In this document: positions 27,901-38,019 of the stretch, in pieces
Layout: each line of letters starts with the position of its first letter
How positions within the stretch are numbered: the stretch's first letter is position 1
NCBI GenBank assembly: GCA_964583795.1
Contig: CAZOWX010000003.1
Coordinates: 23,978-87,977 of the forward strand
Reading direction: 5' to 3'
DNA: 64,000 nt
From: an uncultured Pseudomonadales bacterium
GTDB taxonomy: Bacteria; Patescibacteriota; Microgenomatia; UBA1400; PJMF01
Notes under the pieces: generated by a model
Database searches by the model: none
Told to the model about the DNA's origin: nothing
The model's input: the letters and a program-made list of their open reading frames with translations, nothing else
Translations under genes and position numbers: made by a program

Positions 27901-28331
27901 CGTCATCCCGGCGAAGGCCGGGATCCATTTTTTTGTGTGACTCACTGAGTTGTTTTGCTCTTGCAGATGTCATTTTCATGTCACAATTTTGTAGTTTAAT
28001 CGCAATATGGACAAGAAAGGATATGTCTATATCTTGGCGTCAAAACCGTATGGAACCTTGTACATTGGGGTTACTTCGGATTTGATAGGGCGAGTGTGGG
28101 ATCATAAGCACAATATCATAAAGGGGTTTACACAAAAATATAACGTCCATATGCTTGTGTGGTATCAAGAGTCTGAACTAATAACTGATGCGATTTACAA
28201 GGAAAAGCAACTAAAAGAATGGCATAGAAATTGGAAAATACGACTCATTAAAGAAACAAATCCTTGTTGGAAAGATTTGTATGAAAAAATTATTGAATAG
28301 TACGTGGATCCCGGCCTTCGCCGGGATGACG
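27901..28331. mobile_element. GIY-YIG nuclease gene bounded by perfect 27-bp palindromic inverted repeats
   Basis: CGTCATCCCGGCGAAGGCCGGGATCCA (27901-27927) and its exact reverse complement (28305-28331). Confidence 0.8.
28007..28300 (+). CDS. stand-alone GIY-YIG endonuclease
   Basis: GYVYIL..TLYIGVTSDLIGRVWDHK, EKQLKEWHRNWK, NPCWKDL. Confidence 0.93.
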   Translation: MDKKGYVYILASKPYGTLYIGVTSDLIGRVWDHKHNIIKGFTQKYNVHMLVWYQESELITDAIYKEKQLKEWHRNWKIRLIKETNPCWKDLYEKIIE

Positions 28332-28443
28332 AAGGTCACTGTGTCAAAAGAATTTATAGATCGCAATGTGATTTTCTTGTCCAAAGCGCAATCAAATTTC
28401 TACGCAACTAGTCAACCCCCCAACGAACTCCTATACTGAAACC

Positions 28444-29103
28444 ATGTCGCATTTTTCTCTGAATTTGCTGAAGTTTGCGGTGTTCTTTCTCCTACTCAAT
28501 GGTGGAGGAATGTGGTTTGTGTTGTATCGTGATCACCAGACAATACAGCGGTTGCAACAGCTCGATAATGCTCCTGCAGTCAAAGTAGAGCCAACTCCAA
28601 CGCCGCGTTCATTCCCGAGCATCGAGTCGCGACTCGATGTGCTGGAAAGTTCTCAAGAAGCGATACAGTCAAGAGTGAATGATCTTGAAGATTCGCAATC
28701 GAAAAGCAAATCAACAAAAACATATACTCAAAGCACGAGCTCAAAAAGCCCCAAAGAGTACACCCTGTATCTCGGTGAAGGCTCTACAGTGAGTCGCGAG
28801 TGGACTACGGTGCAGTCAACCACAATCTCAATTGATACCAGTAAGTACAAGGGCATTACTGCAGTGTACTTCGAGTCAGGTTTGTCGATTATTGGCGGAG
28901 AGGCATATGCACAACTGATTGACGCAGAGTCAGGAGCAATACTCACCAGTCGTGCTTTAGTGAGTAACACACCAAATCCGGTTTGGAAATCGATTCAGAT
29001 TAATTTGGAGTCAGGGAATCACATGTATGTGGTGCAGTTACGTTCATCGAGTGGGGAGCTAGCAACGCTCAGTGGGGCGAGGATACGGATTATGGCTGAG
29101 TGA
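28444..29103 (+). CDS. membrane-anchored hypothetical protein
   Basis: N-terminal TM, coiled coil, beta-rich C-terminus. Confidence 0.7.
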   Translation: MSHFSLNLLKFAVFFLLLNGGGMWFVLYRDHQTIQRLQQLDNAPAVKVEPTPTPRSFPSIESRLDVLESSQEAIQSRVNDLEDSQSKSKSTKTYTQSTSSKSPKEYTLYLGEGSTVSREWTTVQSTTISIDTSKYKGITAVYFESGLSIIGGEAYAQLIDAESGAILTSRALVSNTPNPVWKSIQINLESGNHMYVVQLRSSSGELATLSGARIRIMAE

Positions 29104-29254
29104 TTCTAGGGGTTAGGAAGTTAACAGTGGACAGTGGAACAGTTAATAGTTAGGTTGCAAGATGCAAGCTTCAAGTTGCAAGTAAACACCCTTCATACCC
29201 AGGAGTAATTCTGGGGATCAAAAGTACTTGTATTGTATCAAAAGCGAGAAAAAT

Positions 29255-29951
29255 CGCCACCCTTGACTGAACTGATACACTCTTCAAATCAGCTCAGTCA
29301 GATCGTGAATTCCTGGTCCCGCACTGCGGGATGAGGAGCATGGCGATACGGGATAAGTCTTCAGTAGTCAGAAAACTTTCTTTATCCCAACCCCGTTTGT
29401 CATCCCGAATTCGATTCGGGATCTAAAGTCAGAGCTCTTCATCGAAGCGGGGAAAAACGATCCTTCTAGATATTGAAAAGGTTTTTCAAAAGTGAGAAAA
29501 ATCGCCACCCTTGACTGAACTGATACACTAATTTCTGGTCCCGCACTGCGGGATGAGGAGCCAGAATTCGCAAGATCAATACTGTTGTTTCAGGATCTGG
29601 CATGGGAAGCCCTTGTCGGAAGCCAAAAAAGAAACCTCTCTGCTTCAGTTCTCAATAAGAGTAGATCTCTGACTTTAGATCCCGATTTTCATCGGGATGA
29701 CGACTTTTTATTTTTCTTGCTTTCGAGTAAGGATTTTTTATTCAACAACACACCAATCCAACCACATAACAACTTTTCGAAAGCAAAAAAAACGTCATCC
29801 TTGATTTTGCATGTTGAACTTTAAATCAAGGATGACGAGTCTAACTATCAACAACTCAACTACCCAACTACCCAACTACTTAACAACGTTTCTATAGCGA
29901 AAAAATCGCCACCCCTGATAACGAAAGTGTCAATTCAAATCAAGGATGGCG
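29255..29951. repeat. cluster of nested and degenerate CGTC-type REP-like elements
   Basis: Several arms: CGCCACCCTTGACTGAACTGATACACT x2, GTCATCCCGAATTCGATTCGGGATC, GATCCCGATTTTCATCGGGATGACG, CGTCATCCTTGATTT..AAATCAAGGATGACG. Confidence 0.85.
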
Positions 29952-29998
29952 AATGTAACTATCCAACTAAGCAACCAAGCAACTGACTAACTACTGAA

Positions 29999-30667
29999 TT
30001 ATTGCCCCGCTGACTTTTTCATCATCTCTTCAAATTGCTGTTTTTCTTCTGCACTCATTCCCTCTTGTGCACTTTCTGCTGCATTTTTCATCATGACACT
30101 AAAATCAGCAAACTTGACGTTAGCTGGTGGTACAAACTCACTGTCACTAACGATTGTCGGATTACAATCTAGTTTCATGCCTTCATTTTCCAGTTTTTCG
30201 ATTTCTTCTTCACTGGAGAAATCAGGAGTCTGAGGGGCATTTTTGATCGCGTCCTTTGCTTGATCTGCAGATTTCTTCTGCTCTTCTTCAGATGGGATGG
30301 CCATTTTGAAGCCTTCATTTTTGGTAGAGTCCCAAGTGTACAGGAAAGACTCGTCTACGATCATCTCACCGGTGGTCGCTTTCTGATCATTACTTGTAAC
30401 GATCCCTGACATGTGCATTTTTTTACCTTTGGCAACATACTGCGAGGTAGTGTTGGTTTTAGTGTCGGTCATAGTGCATTTCAGTCCACCACCAACTTTC
30501 AGTGCATCAGTCCAACTTTTGAACTTATTTGTGTCTGAATTTTGTGCTGCAGTAGTTGGTGTTTGATCTTGAGTGGGAGTCGTGGTGGTAGTAGTTGATT
30601 TGGAAGTACAGCCAGCTAACACTACTGAGCCGACAAAAACGCTGGTAATGAGCGCGTATTTTTTCAT
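29999..30667 (-). CDS. putative lipoprotein
   Basis: MKK..LAGC lipobox followed by a Thr-rich linker. Confidence 0.8.
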   Translation of the reverse strand: MKKYALITSVFVGSVVLAGCTSKSTTTTTTPTQDQTPTTAAQNSDTNKFKSWTDALKVGGGLKCTMTDTKTNTTSQYVAKGKKMHMSGIVTSNDQKATTGEMIVDESFLYTWDSTKNEGFKMAIPSEEEQKKSADQAKDAIKNAPQTPDFSSEEEIEKLENEGMKLDCNPTIVSDSEFVPPANVKFADFSVMMKNAAESAQEGMSAEEKQQFEEMMKKSAGQ

Positions 30668-30730
30668 AAATGACCCTTCAAAAATAATTGTTATTATTAG
30701 ACTTGTCAAATTATAGCAGATCAAAGTTAA

Positions 30731-30891
30731 GGCCTCTTCCTGTAATTAAGTGATCAAAATCCCTCTGGATTTTTAGATGAAATTCTAGGCATTAAGCAAC
30801 ATTAGTACTAGATGTACTTGGGTTGATTAAAACGCACGAATTTCACTAAAAAGACAGGTCAGTTGGCGTCAGCTAATTACAGGAAGAGGCC
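30731..30891. mobile_element. MITE with 18-bp perfect TIRs and a TAA target duplication
   Basis: taa|GGCCTCTTCCTGTAATTA ... TAATTACAGGAAGAGGCC|taa. Confidence 0.8.
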
Positions 30892-30914
30892 TAAGTGAAA
30901 GTGTTGGAAGAATT

Positions 30915-31655
30915 TTACAACACAAACTTCTCAATGACATCCGCTAAACCATCTTCTTCAACGCTTGGAGCGATGTAGTCGGCAATCGCTTTGAGCTCGT
31001 CAACAGCGTTGCCCATAGCAACTTTTAATCCACAAGCCATAAGTAGGGGAATATCATTATGACCATCACCGACTCCAATAATCTCTGAAGGATGAATGTG
31101 AAGCAGTTTAGCAATTTGAAGCACCCCGTGCTCTTTGGTAGCTTGGTTATGAATAGCCCCGACATCAACTTTCCCCAATGAATGAGATTGTAACTTATGA
31201 ATGATGACTTGTGGGATATGTGCAATTTGTTTTATTAGAATATCTGCAAGCATCTCGTCAATTCCTTTTACAACAATTCCAAGTGGGTTCTGAGGAACGT
31301 ATTGGTTACCTAATATCCCATCTTGGTTTCCTTCATTGATAATTACTTGAAAAGAGTGTGGTTTAAGAATACTGATGATCTGGTCGTACTGTTCAAGTTC
31401 AAGTGGCTTTTCCCACAGCACTTTTTTTGATTTTGCATTATAAATTTGCGCCCCACCAGAAACGATGGAGAGACCAGAAAACTCAATGTCGTCAAAGATA
31501 TGCTGGACAAAATGAGGTGGACGGGAGGTGGCAATACCAATATGAATTTTATCCTGTGCCGCCATAATCGCTTTGCGCACCCGAGAAGAAGGAAGACCAT
31601 GTGGAGTACTCACGATCAGGGTTCCATCAACATCAGCTAACAAGGCTTTGTACAT
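30915..31655 (-). CDS. Cof-type HAD-IIB hydrolase
   Basis: DVDGTL, ATSR, GDGHND, AMGNA. Confidence 0.92.
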   Translation of the reverse strand: MYKALLADVDGTLIVSTPHGLPSSRVRKAIMAAQDKIHIGIATSRPPHFVQHIFDDIEFSGLSIVSGGAQIYNAKSKKVLWEKPLELEQYDQIISILKPHSFQVIINEGNQDGILGNQYVPQNPLGIVVKGIDEMLADILIKQIAHIPQVIIHKLQSHSLGKVDVGAIHNQATKEHGVLQIAKLLHIHPSEIIGVGDGHNDIPLLMACGLKVAMGNAVDELKAIADYIAPSVEEDGLADVIEKFVL

Positions 31656-31770
31656 AGGTACTTATTGTAACTTCAATAGATGCGAGTAGAAAGAGATATT
31701 TCCTTGTTGATTCGATAATTTCCTATAGACGAGTGGTGTGTTTTCAAGTTAAAGTAGACCAGTTGGTTTT

Positions 31771-32835
31771 ATGATAAAAAGATTTTTCTTCAGATCAATA
31801 TTACTCACTTTATTGCTTGTTGCAGGGGCTATATTTGTTGCAAAGCATTCTGTGGTGGCTGCTCAAGCGAATACCTGCGCTGAAGACATTAACGTTGATT
31901 TCAAAGTCGATTTGCTGGATTACTCGGTCTTAGTGCGCAATTTTCTCAAAATTCATCCCGATAATCCTCGAGCTGATATTGATCAAGATGGCAACGTGGG
32001 TTTGATGGATTATTCACGTTTGGTGGGTGCCTTTTTGCAACCCTGCATTGCCCCATCAAGCACTCCCACGCAAGTACCCAGTGCAACACCAACAACCACG
32101 CAAGCTCCTGTCCCCACCGCAACTCCAAATCGAGTAATTTTGCTTCAAACAGGATTTGAAGACAACAGTTTGGCAATGTTTTCAAAAGAAATTTGCTGCT
32201 CATACTCGGCGCTCATTATTAACTCAATTCCTGCTCACCAAGGGAGTCGGCTGCTACAATTTGATTTGCGCAAAACTGACCCAGTGGTCAACCTTGGTAT
32301 TCGCTCGGAAATGGCTACCAACAAACTACAGTACAACACCGATTATTGGTATCGATTTAGTATGTTTATCCCTGCCAATTGGCAGTACGACAAAAGTAAA
32401 GAAATCGTGGCACAATGGCACAGTGAGCCGGATTTTAACTTGGGTGAAACTTGGCGCAATCCACCGTTTTCACTACGCATTTTTGGCGACAACCTGGAAG
32501 TTCGTACTATCTGGGATAGCCATCCACTAACGCAACCAAATGTCTACCAGGGTGATCAGTACATCAATCTCGGCCCGTATGCAAAAGGAGTGTGGACCGA
32601 GTATTTACTACATTCGCGCTGGTCGTACACGAATGACCAGTCTGGGTATTTGGAGTTATTCAAAAATGGTCAATCCATCTATACCAAGGTAGGTCCCAAC
32701 GCGTTTAACGATGTCAAGGGACCGTACTTCAAGTTTGGAATCTATAAATTTGACTGGAAAGACAACCAGCAAAATAGCTCTACATCACAGCGAACACTAT
32801 ATTTTGATGATATCTCGATTGAGCAGGGACCATAA
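31771..32835 (+). CDS. secreted protein: dockerin/EF-hand-like domain, PT linker and polysaccharide-lyase-like domain
   Basis: Signal peptide; DINxDxKVDLLD and DIDQDGNVGLMD repeats; RSE, QWH and YFKFGIY motifs. Confidence 0.75.
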   Translation: MIKRFFFRSILLTLLLVAGAIFVAKHSVVAAQANTCAEDINVDFKVDLLDYSVLVRNFLKIHPDNPRADIDQDGNVGLMDYSRLVGAFLQPCIAPSSTPTQVPSATPTTTQAPVPTATPNRVILLQTGFEDNSLAMFSKEICCSYSALIINSIPAHQGSRLLQFDLRKTDPVVNLGIRSEMATNKLQYNTDYWYRFSMFIPANWQYDKSKEIVAQWHSEPDFNLGETWRNPPFSLRIFGDNLEVRTIWDSHPLTQPNVYQGDQYINLGPYAKGVWTEYLLHSRWSYTNDQSGYLELFKNGQSIYTKVGPNAFNDVKGPYFKFGIYKFDWKDNQQNSSTSQRTLYFDDISIEQGP

Positions 32836-33024
32836 CAGTGTGACAAATGTGTGGCTTGGTTCTGCCTAGTCGAGCTGCGCTCATCTGGAAGACGGTGGTG
32901 GATAGTATTAAAAGTCAAACTGTGCTACAATATTGTTCTTCGGTTTGAAGTCCTGCATAGCACGACAATGTCATTCTCTCCGTGAGTTGTTAATTTTTGA
33001 CCTTTTTTAGGTCTAGGAAGTCAT

Positions 33025-34215
33025 ATGTCATACCCTAATAGAGGGCGATCTGGTTCATTTCAGTCTCGGCGTCGTCCCCCCATGCAGCGATCTCGGTTTC
33101 CAATTGTGTCTCAGGTCCGTCCAGAGCAGTACGTGAACAAACGAGTCGTTGAAGAAGTTATTACTGAGTATCAACCGCAGCATCGGTTTACTGATTTTGG
33201 TTTAGCTGCTGAAATTATCAGAAACGTCACTGAGCATGGATACACACAGCCTACCGCCATTCAGGATCAAGCTATTTTGCCACTAATGGCTGGGCGCGAT
33301 GTTGTCGGAATTGCCAACACTGGAACCGGTAAAACAGCCGCATTTTTACTGCCACTGATTCATAAAATCATGAACAACTCGCATCAAGGAGTGTTAATTT
33401 TGGCCCCAACGCGTGAGTTAGCACTGCAAATTCATGATGAGTTCTTGGCCTTCAGTAAAGGGCTTCGGATGGGTGTTTGTCTGTGTATTGGGGGTGCTAA
33501 CTTGGAAAAACAGGTGACGCGGCTTCGGTCAAATCCTCATTTTGTGATTGGGACGCCAGGGCGAATTACTGATTTGATCAATCGTGGAGCATTTGATACC
33601 AGAATGTTTACCAACATTGTTTTGGATGAGGTTGACCGGATGTTGGATATTGGTTTTGTTAAAGACATTCAGTTTTTGATTTCCAAATTGCCAAATGAGC
33701 GACAAAGTGCTTTTTTTAGTGCCACGATGAATAAAACTGCCCAGTCGATCATGGAGGCATTACTGCGTGATCCTGTTCAGGTGACAGTCAAGAGTCAGCA
33801 GACGAGTCACGCCATCCATCAAGATGTGATCAGAATTGCTCCCGGTGGGAGTAAGATCGAGGTGCTGCATCAGCTGCTCAAGAAACCGGAATTTTCCAGA
33901 GTGATTGTGTTTGGCCGGACCAAGCATGGTATTAATAAGCTGGAGTCGGTATTGATTGCCCGGGGTATCAAAGTATCAGCAATTCATGGGAATAAAACTC
34001 AAGGCGCGCGTCAGCGATCACTGCTGCAAATTAAACAAGGGCAGGTACAAGTGTTACTCGCTACAGACGTGGCAGCCCGTGGTATTGATATCGATGATGT
34101 GTCGCATGTGATTAACTTTGATGAACCGCTAACCTTTGAGGACTATACTCACCGCATTGGTCGTACTGGTCGAGCAGGGAAGCGAGGCAAAGCGATTACC
34201 TTTTTAGCACGATAA
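33025..34215 (+). CDS. DEAD-box RNA helicase
   Basis: GTGKT, PTRELA, DEVD, SAT, HRIGRTGR. Confidence 0.96.
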   Translation: MSYPNRGRSGSFQSRRRPPMQRSRFPIVSQVRPEQYVNKRVVEEVITEYQPQHRFTDFGLAAEIIRNVTEHGYTQPTAIQDQAILPLMAGRDVVGIANTGTGKTAAFLLPLIHKIMNNSHQGVLILAPTRELALQIHDEFLAFSKGLRMGVCLCIGGANLEKQVTRLRSNPHFVIGTPGRITDLINRGAFDTRMFTNIVLDEVDRMLDIGFVKDIQFLISKLPNERQSAFFSATMNKTAQSIMEALLRDPVQVTVKSQQTSHAIHQDVIRIAPGGSKIEVLHQLLKKPEFSRVIVFGRTKHGINKLESVLIARGIKVSAIHGNKTQGARQRSLLQIKQGQVQVLLATDVAARGIDIDDVSHVINFDEPLTFEDYTHRIGRTGRAGKRGKAITFLAR

Positions 34216-34284
34216 ATCAAACAGAAAAAATTACCCATTTTCTAACTTTCATCTCGATGAAATGAACGTATAATGGTGAGTCTT

Positions 34285-35469
34285 ATGTTGAAAAAAAATA
34301 AGAACTTATTGATTATTGCCCTCATCGCCATGGTCAACATGTTGGGGTATGGCATTATTATTCCCATTTTGTATGCCTATTCAAAAAAGTTTGGTTTAAG
34401 TGATTTTCAAAACGGACTGCTGTTTGCTGCGTACAGTGTGTGTCAATTTATCTCAACACCAATCATTGGTCGATTGTCTGACAAGTATGGTCGCCGGCCA
34501 ATGTTACTAATCTCCATTATTGGTACAGCAGCCTCTTTTTTCATCATGGCTTTTGCGCCAAGCGCTCTGTTTTTGTTTTTAGCAAGGATGTTGGATGGGA
34601 TTACTGCTGGAAATATCCCGGTCGCGTTTGCTGTGCTTTCTGACACCACCAAGCCAGAAGATCGTCCCAAGGCGTTTGGGTTAATTGGCGCTGCCTTTAA
34701 TTTTGGCTTTGTGTTTGGTCCTGCTGTGAGTGCGTTTACGGTGGGATTTGGTACAGCCGTGCCTTTTTTAATTGCTGGAGTGGTTACGATGGTGGCGGTC
34801 GTATTAACCGCATTATTTTTGCCAGAAACAAATACGCATATGGGAGAGGTACAGAAAGGGAAATTATTTGATCTGCCACTTTTGTTCAAAACTTTGTTTG
34901 ATCCCAATGTGGGTGCGACCTTTTTGATCTCGCTGGTGTTCTTTTTGGCTTTTGCGTGTTCACTGATTTACGGCTTCCAACCGTTTACGATGAATATTTT
35001 ACATGTGAATGAGTCTCTCAACGCGGTCTTGTTTACCATTTTCGGGGTTATTGGTTTGATTTCACAGACTTTCTTAGTGAGTAAAATTACGAAAGTGCTG
35101 GGGATGAGAAAAGCCTTTCAGGTCTCAATTTTGTTTACAGCGATCTCATTTGTGATGATGTATTTTTCTGTTTCGCTCCCGTTGTTTATTGCAGCAATGT
35201 TGGTGTTGGGGGTGTTCAATAGTGTTGCTCAAACACTGATTCCAACCATACTGTCACAAGAGGCGGATGCTAAATCTCAGGGATCGATACAGGGACTCAA
35301 TGCTTCATATCAAAGTATTGGGATGATTTTTGGTCCGATTTTGGGTGGAGTAGTGGCCACGGTTTCCATTGCGTTTCCGTTTTTGGTTGGCGCGGTTTTG
35401 ATCCTGGTTTGTTTTGGGTTGTCGTTCAAAGTGTTGCGACCGGGCGTACATAAAGAGAGTGCGTTCTAG
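34285..35469 (+). CDS. MFS transporter (TetA/DHA1-like)
   Basis: GRLSDKYGRRP motif A; about 12 TMs; start could be 34273. Confidence 0.92.
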   Translation: MLKKNKNLLIIALIAMVNMLGYGIIIPILYAYSKKFGLSDFQNGLLFAAYSVCQFISTPIIGRLSDKYGRRPMLLISIIGTAASFFIMAFAPSALFLFLARMLDGITAGNIPVAFAVLSDTTKPEDRPKAFGLIGAAFNFGFVFGPAVSAFTVGFGTAVPFLIAGVVTMVAVVLTALFLPETNTHMGEVQKGKLFDLPLLFKTLFDPNVGATFLISLVFFLAFACSLIYGFQPFTMNILHVNESLNAVLFTIFGVIGLISQTFLVSKITKVLGMRKAFQVSILFTAISFVMMYFSVSLPLFIAAMLVLGVFNSVAQTLIPTILSQEADAKSQGSIQGLNASYQSIGMIFGPILGGVVATVSIAFPFLVGAVLILVCFGLSFKVLRPGVHKESAF

Positions 35470-35471
35470 CT

Positions 35472-36008
35472 CTAGAATGTGACCCTAACTATCCCAAGTA
35501 ATGCTGCACGTCTATTTTGTGGATTATTGAAGGTATATGTACAGTTTTCACTGAGTGACAATTGGTTGAGATCATATACGGCAAATACTCCGTGGTTTGC
35601 TTTAACATCGAGGTTTTGCATATGAGAAATGATAGGTTGCATCTTGTGATCAAGGGGAAATTGTTCCTGATCGCTTCGAGGGAAGTCTCGTAGTGTACAA
35701 CATCGAATTGAGTTTTTGCGTCCACTTGAAGAGACGCACCCAAATTGTTTTACTTCTTCCATTTGTTTATCATGAGCGACAAATGCACAATACCCACATT
35801 GAGGTCCCCAGAGATTGACTTTCTGTAACCCAGCTCTAATAGCTCTGCGCTCTGCAGTGGGATCACCTTTTAACTTTCTTAAGTCAATTTGTATTTTTTG
35901 AATGGCAGGAACGACTACTTCTGGTGTGGGTTTGGTAGTAGTAGCTGTTTTTCCTTGCTCTTTGAGCCAAGCACTAAAATTAAAATGCTTTGGTGGTGGT
36001 TCAATCAT
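35472..36008 (-). CDS. hypothetical protein
   Basis: Long ORF; start uncertain. Confidence 0.5.
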   Translation of the reverse strand: MIEPPPKHFNFSAWLKEQGKTATTTKPTPEVVVPAIQKIQIDLRKLKGDPTAERRAIRAGLQKVNLWGPQCGYCAFVAHDKQMEEVKQFGCVSSSGRKNSIRCCTLRDFPRSDQEQFPLDHKMQPIISHMQNLDVKANHGVFAVYDLNQLSLSENCTYTFNNPQNRRAALLGIVRVTF

Positions 36009-36479
36009 ATGCGTACACACTCGTATCGAGAATTTTTTTGGGAACTTGTAGTTCTCAGTGTTGCTCAAGGTGTGACGCTTTTGAGAGCTGTCGATCGATT
36101 TTTTTATAAGATAAACTATCGCTTTTTGCTGAATAACACCCAATTGAAAGTTGAGTATGGTGGAGTTCATAAGCACTCACTGCAAGTTCCACTCCAACTG
36201 ATTTCATATGTTTATGTTGAATATACTGAAAGAGGGCGAAGAAGCTACCGAATTTTTCCTTCGGTGGTGGTTGAGTTTGTACCGAAACATACGATGATGA
36301 AAGCGGAAAGTATTTCTACTGAAAAATTACGACCAGATAGAAATAGAGTAGAGCTGAAAGGTTTTTCAACTGAGCAAGCGAAACAGATAAAACAAGCGAT
36401 TGTTGATCGAATAGAACGCTACCATAAACATAATACGGTCTATAATCATCGCTTAGATGAGTTGTTGAGTGAGTACTGA
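36009..36479 (+). CDS. hypothetical protein
   Basis: ORF with a hydrophobic N-terminus; start uncertain. Confidence 0.5.
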   Translation: MRTHSYREFFWELVVLSVAQGVTLLRAVDRFFYKINYRFLLNNTQLKVEYGGVHKHSLQVPLQLISYVYVEYTERGRRSYRIFPSVVVEFVPKHTMMKAESISTEKLRPDRNRVELKGFSTEQAKQIKQAIVDRIERYHKHNTVYNHRLDELLSEY

Positions 36480-36549
36480 AGAAAAAGTAATTTCTAACTC
36501 TGTGAGGATCTATTTGCTTGTTTTGCTAAGTAAATAGTACTGGTGTTAC

Positions 36550-37917
36550 TTACAGTTTTTTATTAAAGCGATCTTGAATAAGTTCAAATGTAGACTGGTT
36601 CTCTCCCTGTGGAACGACTTGTAAGTCGTGTCCAATAAAGTATGGTTCGCCATTCCATGAGAAAAAGACCCCTGTTGAATTTTGTTTTCTTCCTAGAGCT
36701 GTAACGACTTTATCAATAAGGGAAGTAAGATTTTTTTCCTCGCCTGTTTCTATAGGGTAGTTTCTCGATCCGATGGAGTTGTCCTCTTGTTCATAACGTA
36801 AAATTTCAGAAATTGGGGCTAAATCGATTTCTGAAGTTTGAGTCAGAGTTAGAACCTTTTGCCTCATCAAATTTATTAGTTGAGAAATTTCTGCTCTTCG
36901 AGTCGAAGCAATGTTTTTTAATACTGAAAGGTCAAGTACTCTTAATCCCTTGGTATCAACTTTTCTGATTGGTGAAGAAACTGACAACATAATTCTTATT
37001 ATTTGCTCTCTTAGTTTTGCAAGACCAATTTTTACTGACTGAGTTGTTGTTTCATCCACTTCAAATAGTTCTGGGAAGTAATGTTGGATCATTACTACAC
37101 CTTCTGCAACCAATGGAGTAGCAAAAGAATTGCCGGAAAATGAGCCAAGACCTCTTTGTTTCCAACTACTTATAAATCGTACATCTGTGGAGTCTGGTCT
37201 ACAGTTTTTTTCTCTAAAGACATCACTAATTGCTTGTGCATTTGGGACTGCTGGGTGCACTATAGTTATTCCTGCCACTGAAATTGATTGATTTAAAAAA
37301 GCTGTATTCTCATTTAGCTCGTCTGGGCTTGTCTGATTCGTTGTAGACACTACGAAAATAAATCCGAACTCTCGTAATTTAGTAATAGCTTGTGTGTATT
37401 GCTTGATATAGTGATCATACATTTGTAAAAATCCGGCAAGGTCAACGCTCTCTCCCCATACTTTTATTGTACCTTGAGAGTCTTCGTGTCTATCCAAATA
37501 ACGATTAAACTCGGTTTCAAGTTGTGTCCTGGTAAAACGAAGGGGGTGAGTTGAAATAGAAATTACTCTCCCTAACTCGTGGCGATATTCAACCATTTGT
37601 TCAAATAAATTATTGAAGAGTCTAAATCCGTATAAAACGCCCTCGAGCGCATTTTTAGGAGTAACACCATCTGCTAGTTCTAAAAATCGAACATTGTTAG
37701 GATAAATACTCGTTGTACTCACTAAACTTTCAATTTCTGTGCCATGTGGATCAGAAGTCAAATTTACGCCAAAAAGGCCGTTACTCCAAATTAATGAATA
37801 TTTGTCGATTATAATAAGTTGGTGATCCCCAAAGTCTGTTTCTCGAAGAGAGTCTATTCCTGAAATTTGTCTAAGATATCCCAAAGCTTCAGTGATAAAA
37901 CGATCTTTTTCATTCAT
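36550..37917 (-). CDS. hypothetical protein with a subtilase-like GxSxATP motif
   Basis: SGNSFATPLVA; AT-rich coding sequence. Confidence 0.65.
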   Translation of the reverse strand: MNEKDRFITEALGYLRQISGIDSLRETDFGDHQLIIIDKYSLIWSNGLFGVNLTSDPHGTEIESLVSTTSIYPNNVRFLELADGVTPKNALEGVLYGFRLFNNLFEQMVEYRHELGRVISISTHPLRFTRTQLETEFNRYLDRHEDSQGTIKVWGESVDLAGFLQMYDHYIKQYTQAITKLREFGFIFVVSTTNQTSPDELNENTAFLNQSISVAGITIVHPAVPNAQAISDVFREKNCRPDSTDVRFISSWKQRGLGSFSGNSFATPLVAEGVVMIQHYFPELFEVDETTTQSVKIGLAKLREQIIRIMLSVSSPIRKVDTKGLRVLDLSVLKNIASTRRAEISQLINLMRQKVLTLTQTSEIDLAPISEILRYEQEDNSIGSRNYPIETGEEKNLTSLIDKVVTALGRKQNSTGVFFSWNGEPYFIGHDLQVVPQGENQSTFELIQDRFNKKL

Positions 37918-38019
37918 AGTATTATTATATAATTTATAACTAAAAAAACTGTGTCAACTTCTGGGTGAAAAATATAAAAAAATGTATCCTTTGGGTAATA
38001 ATAATTATTTTTTTGTTTC

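Noticed and set aside
29221-29960. CRISPR array
   Set aside because: The repeats vary in length, orientation and spacing, belong to the dispersed REP family, and no cas genes are present.
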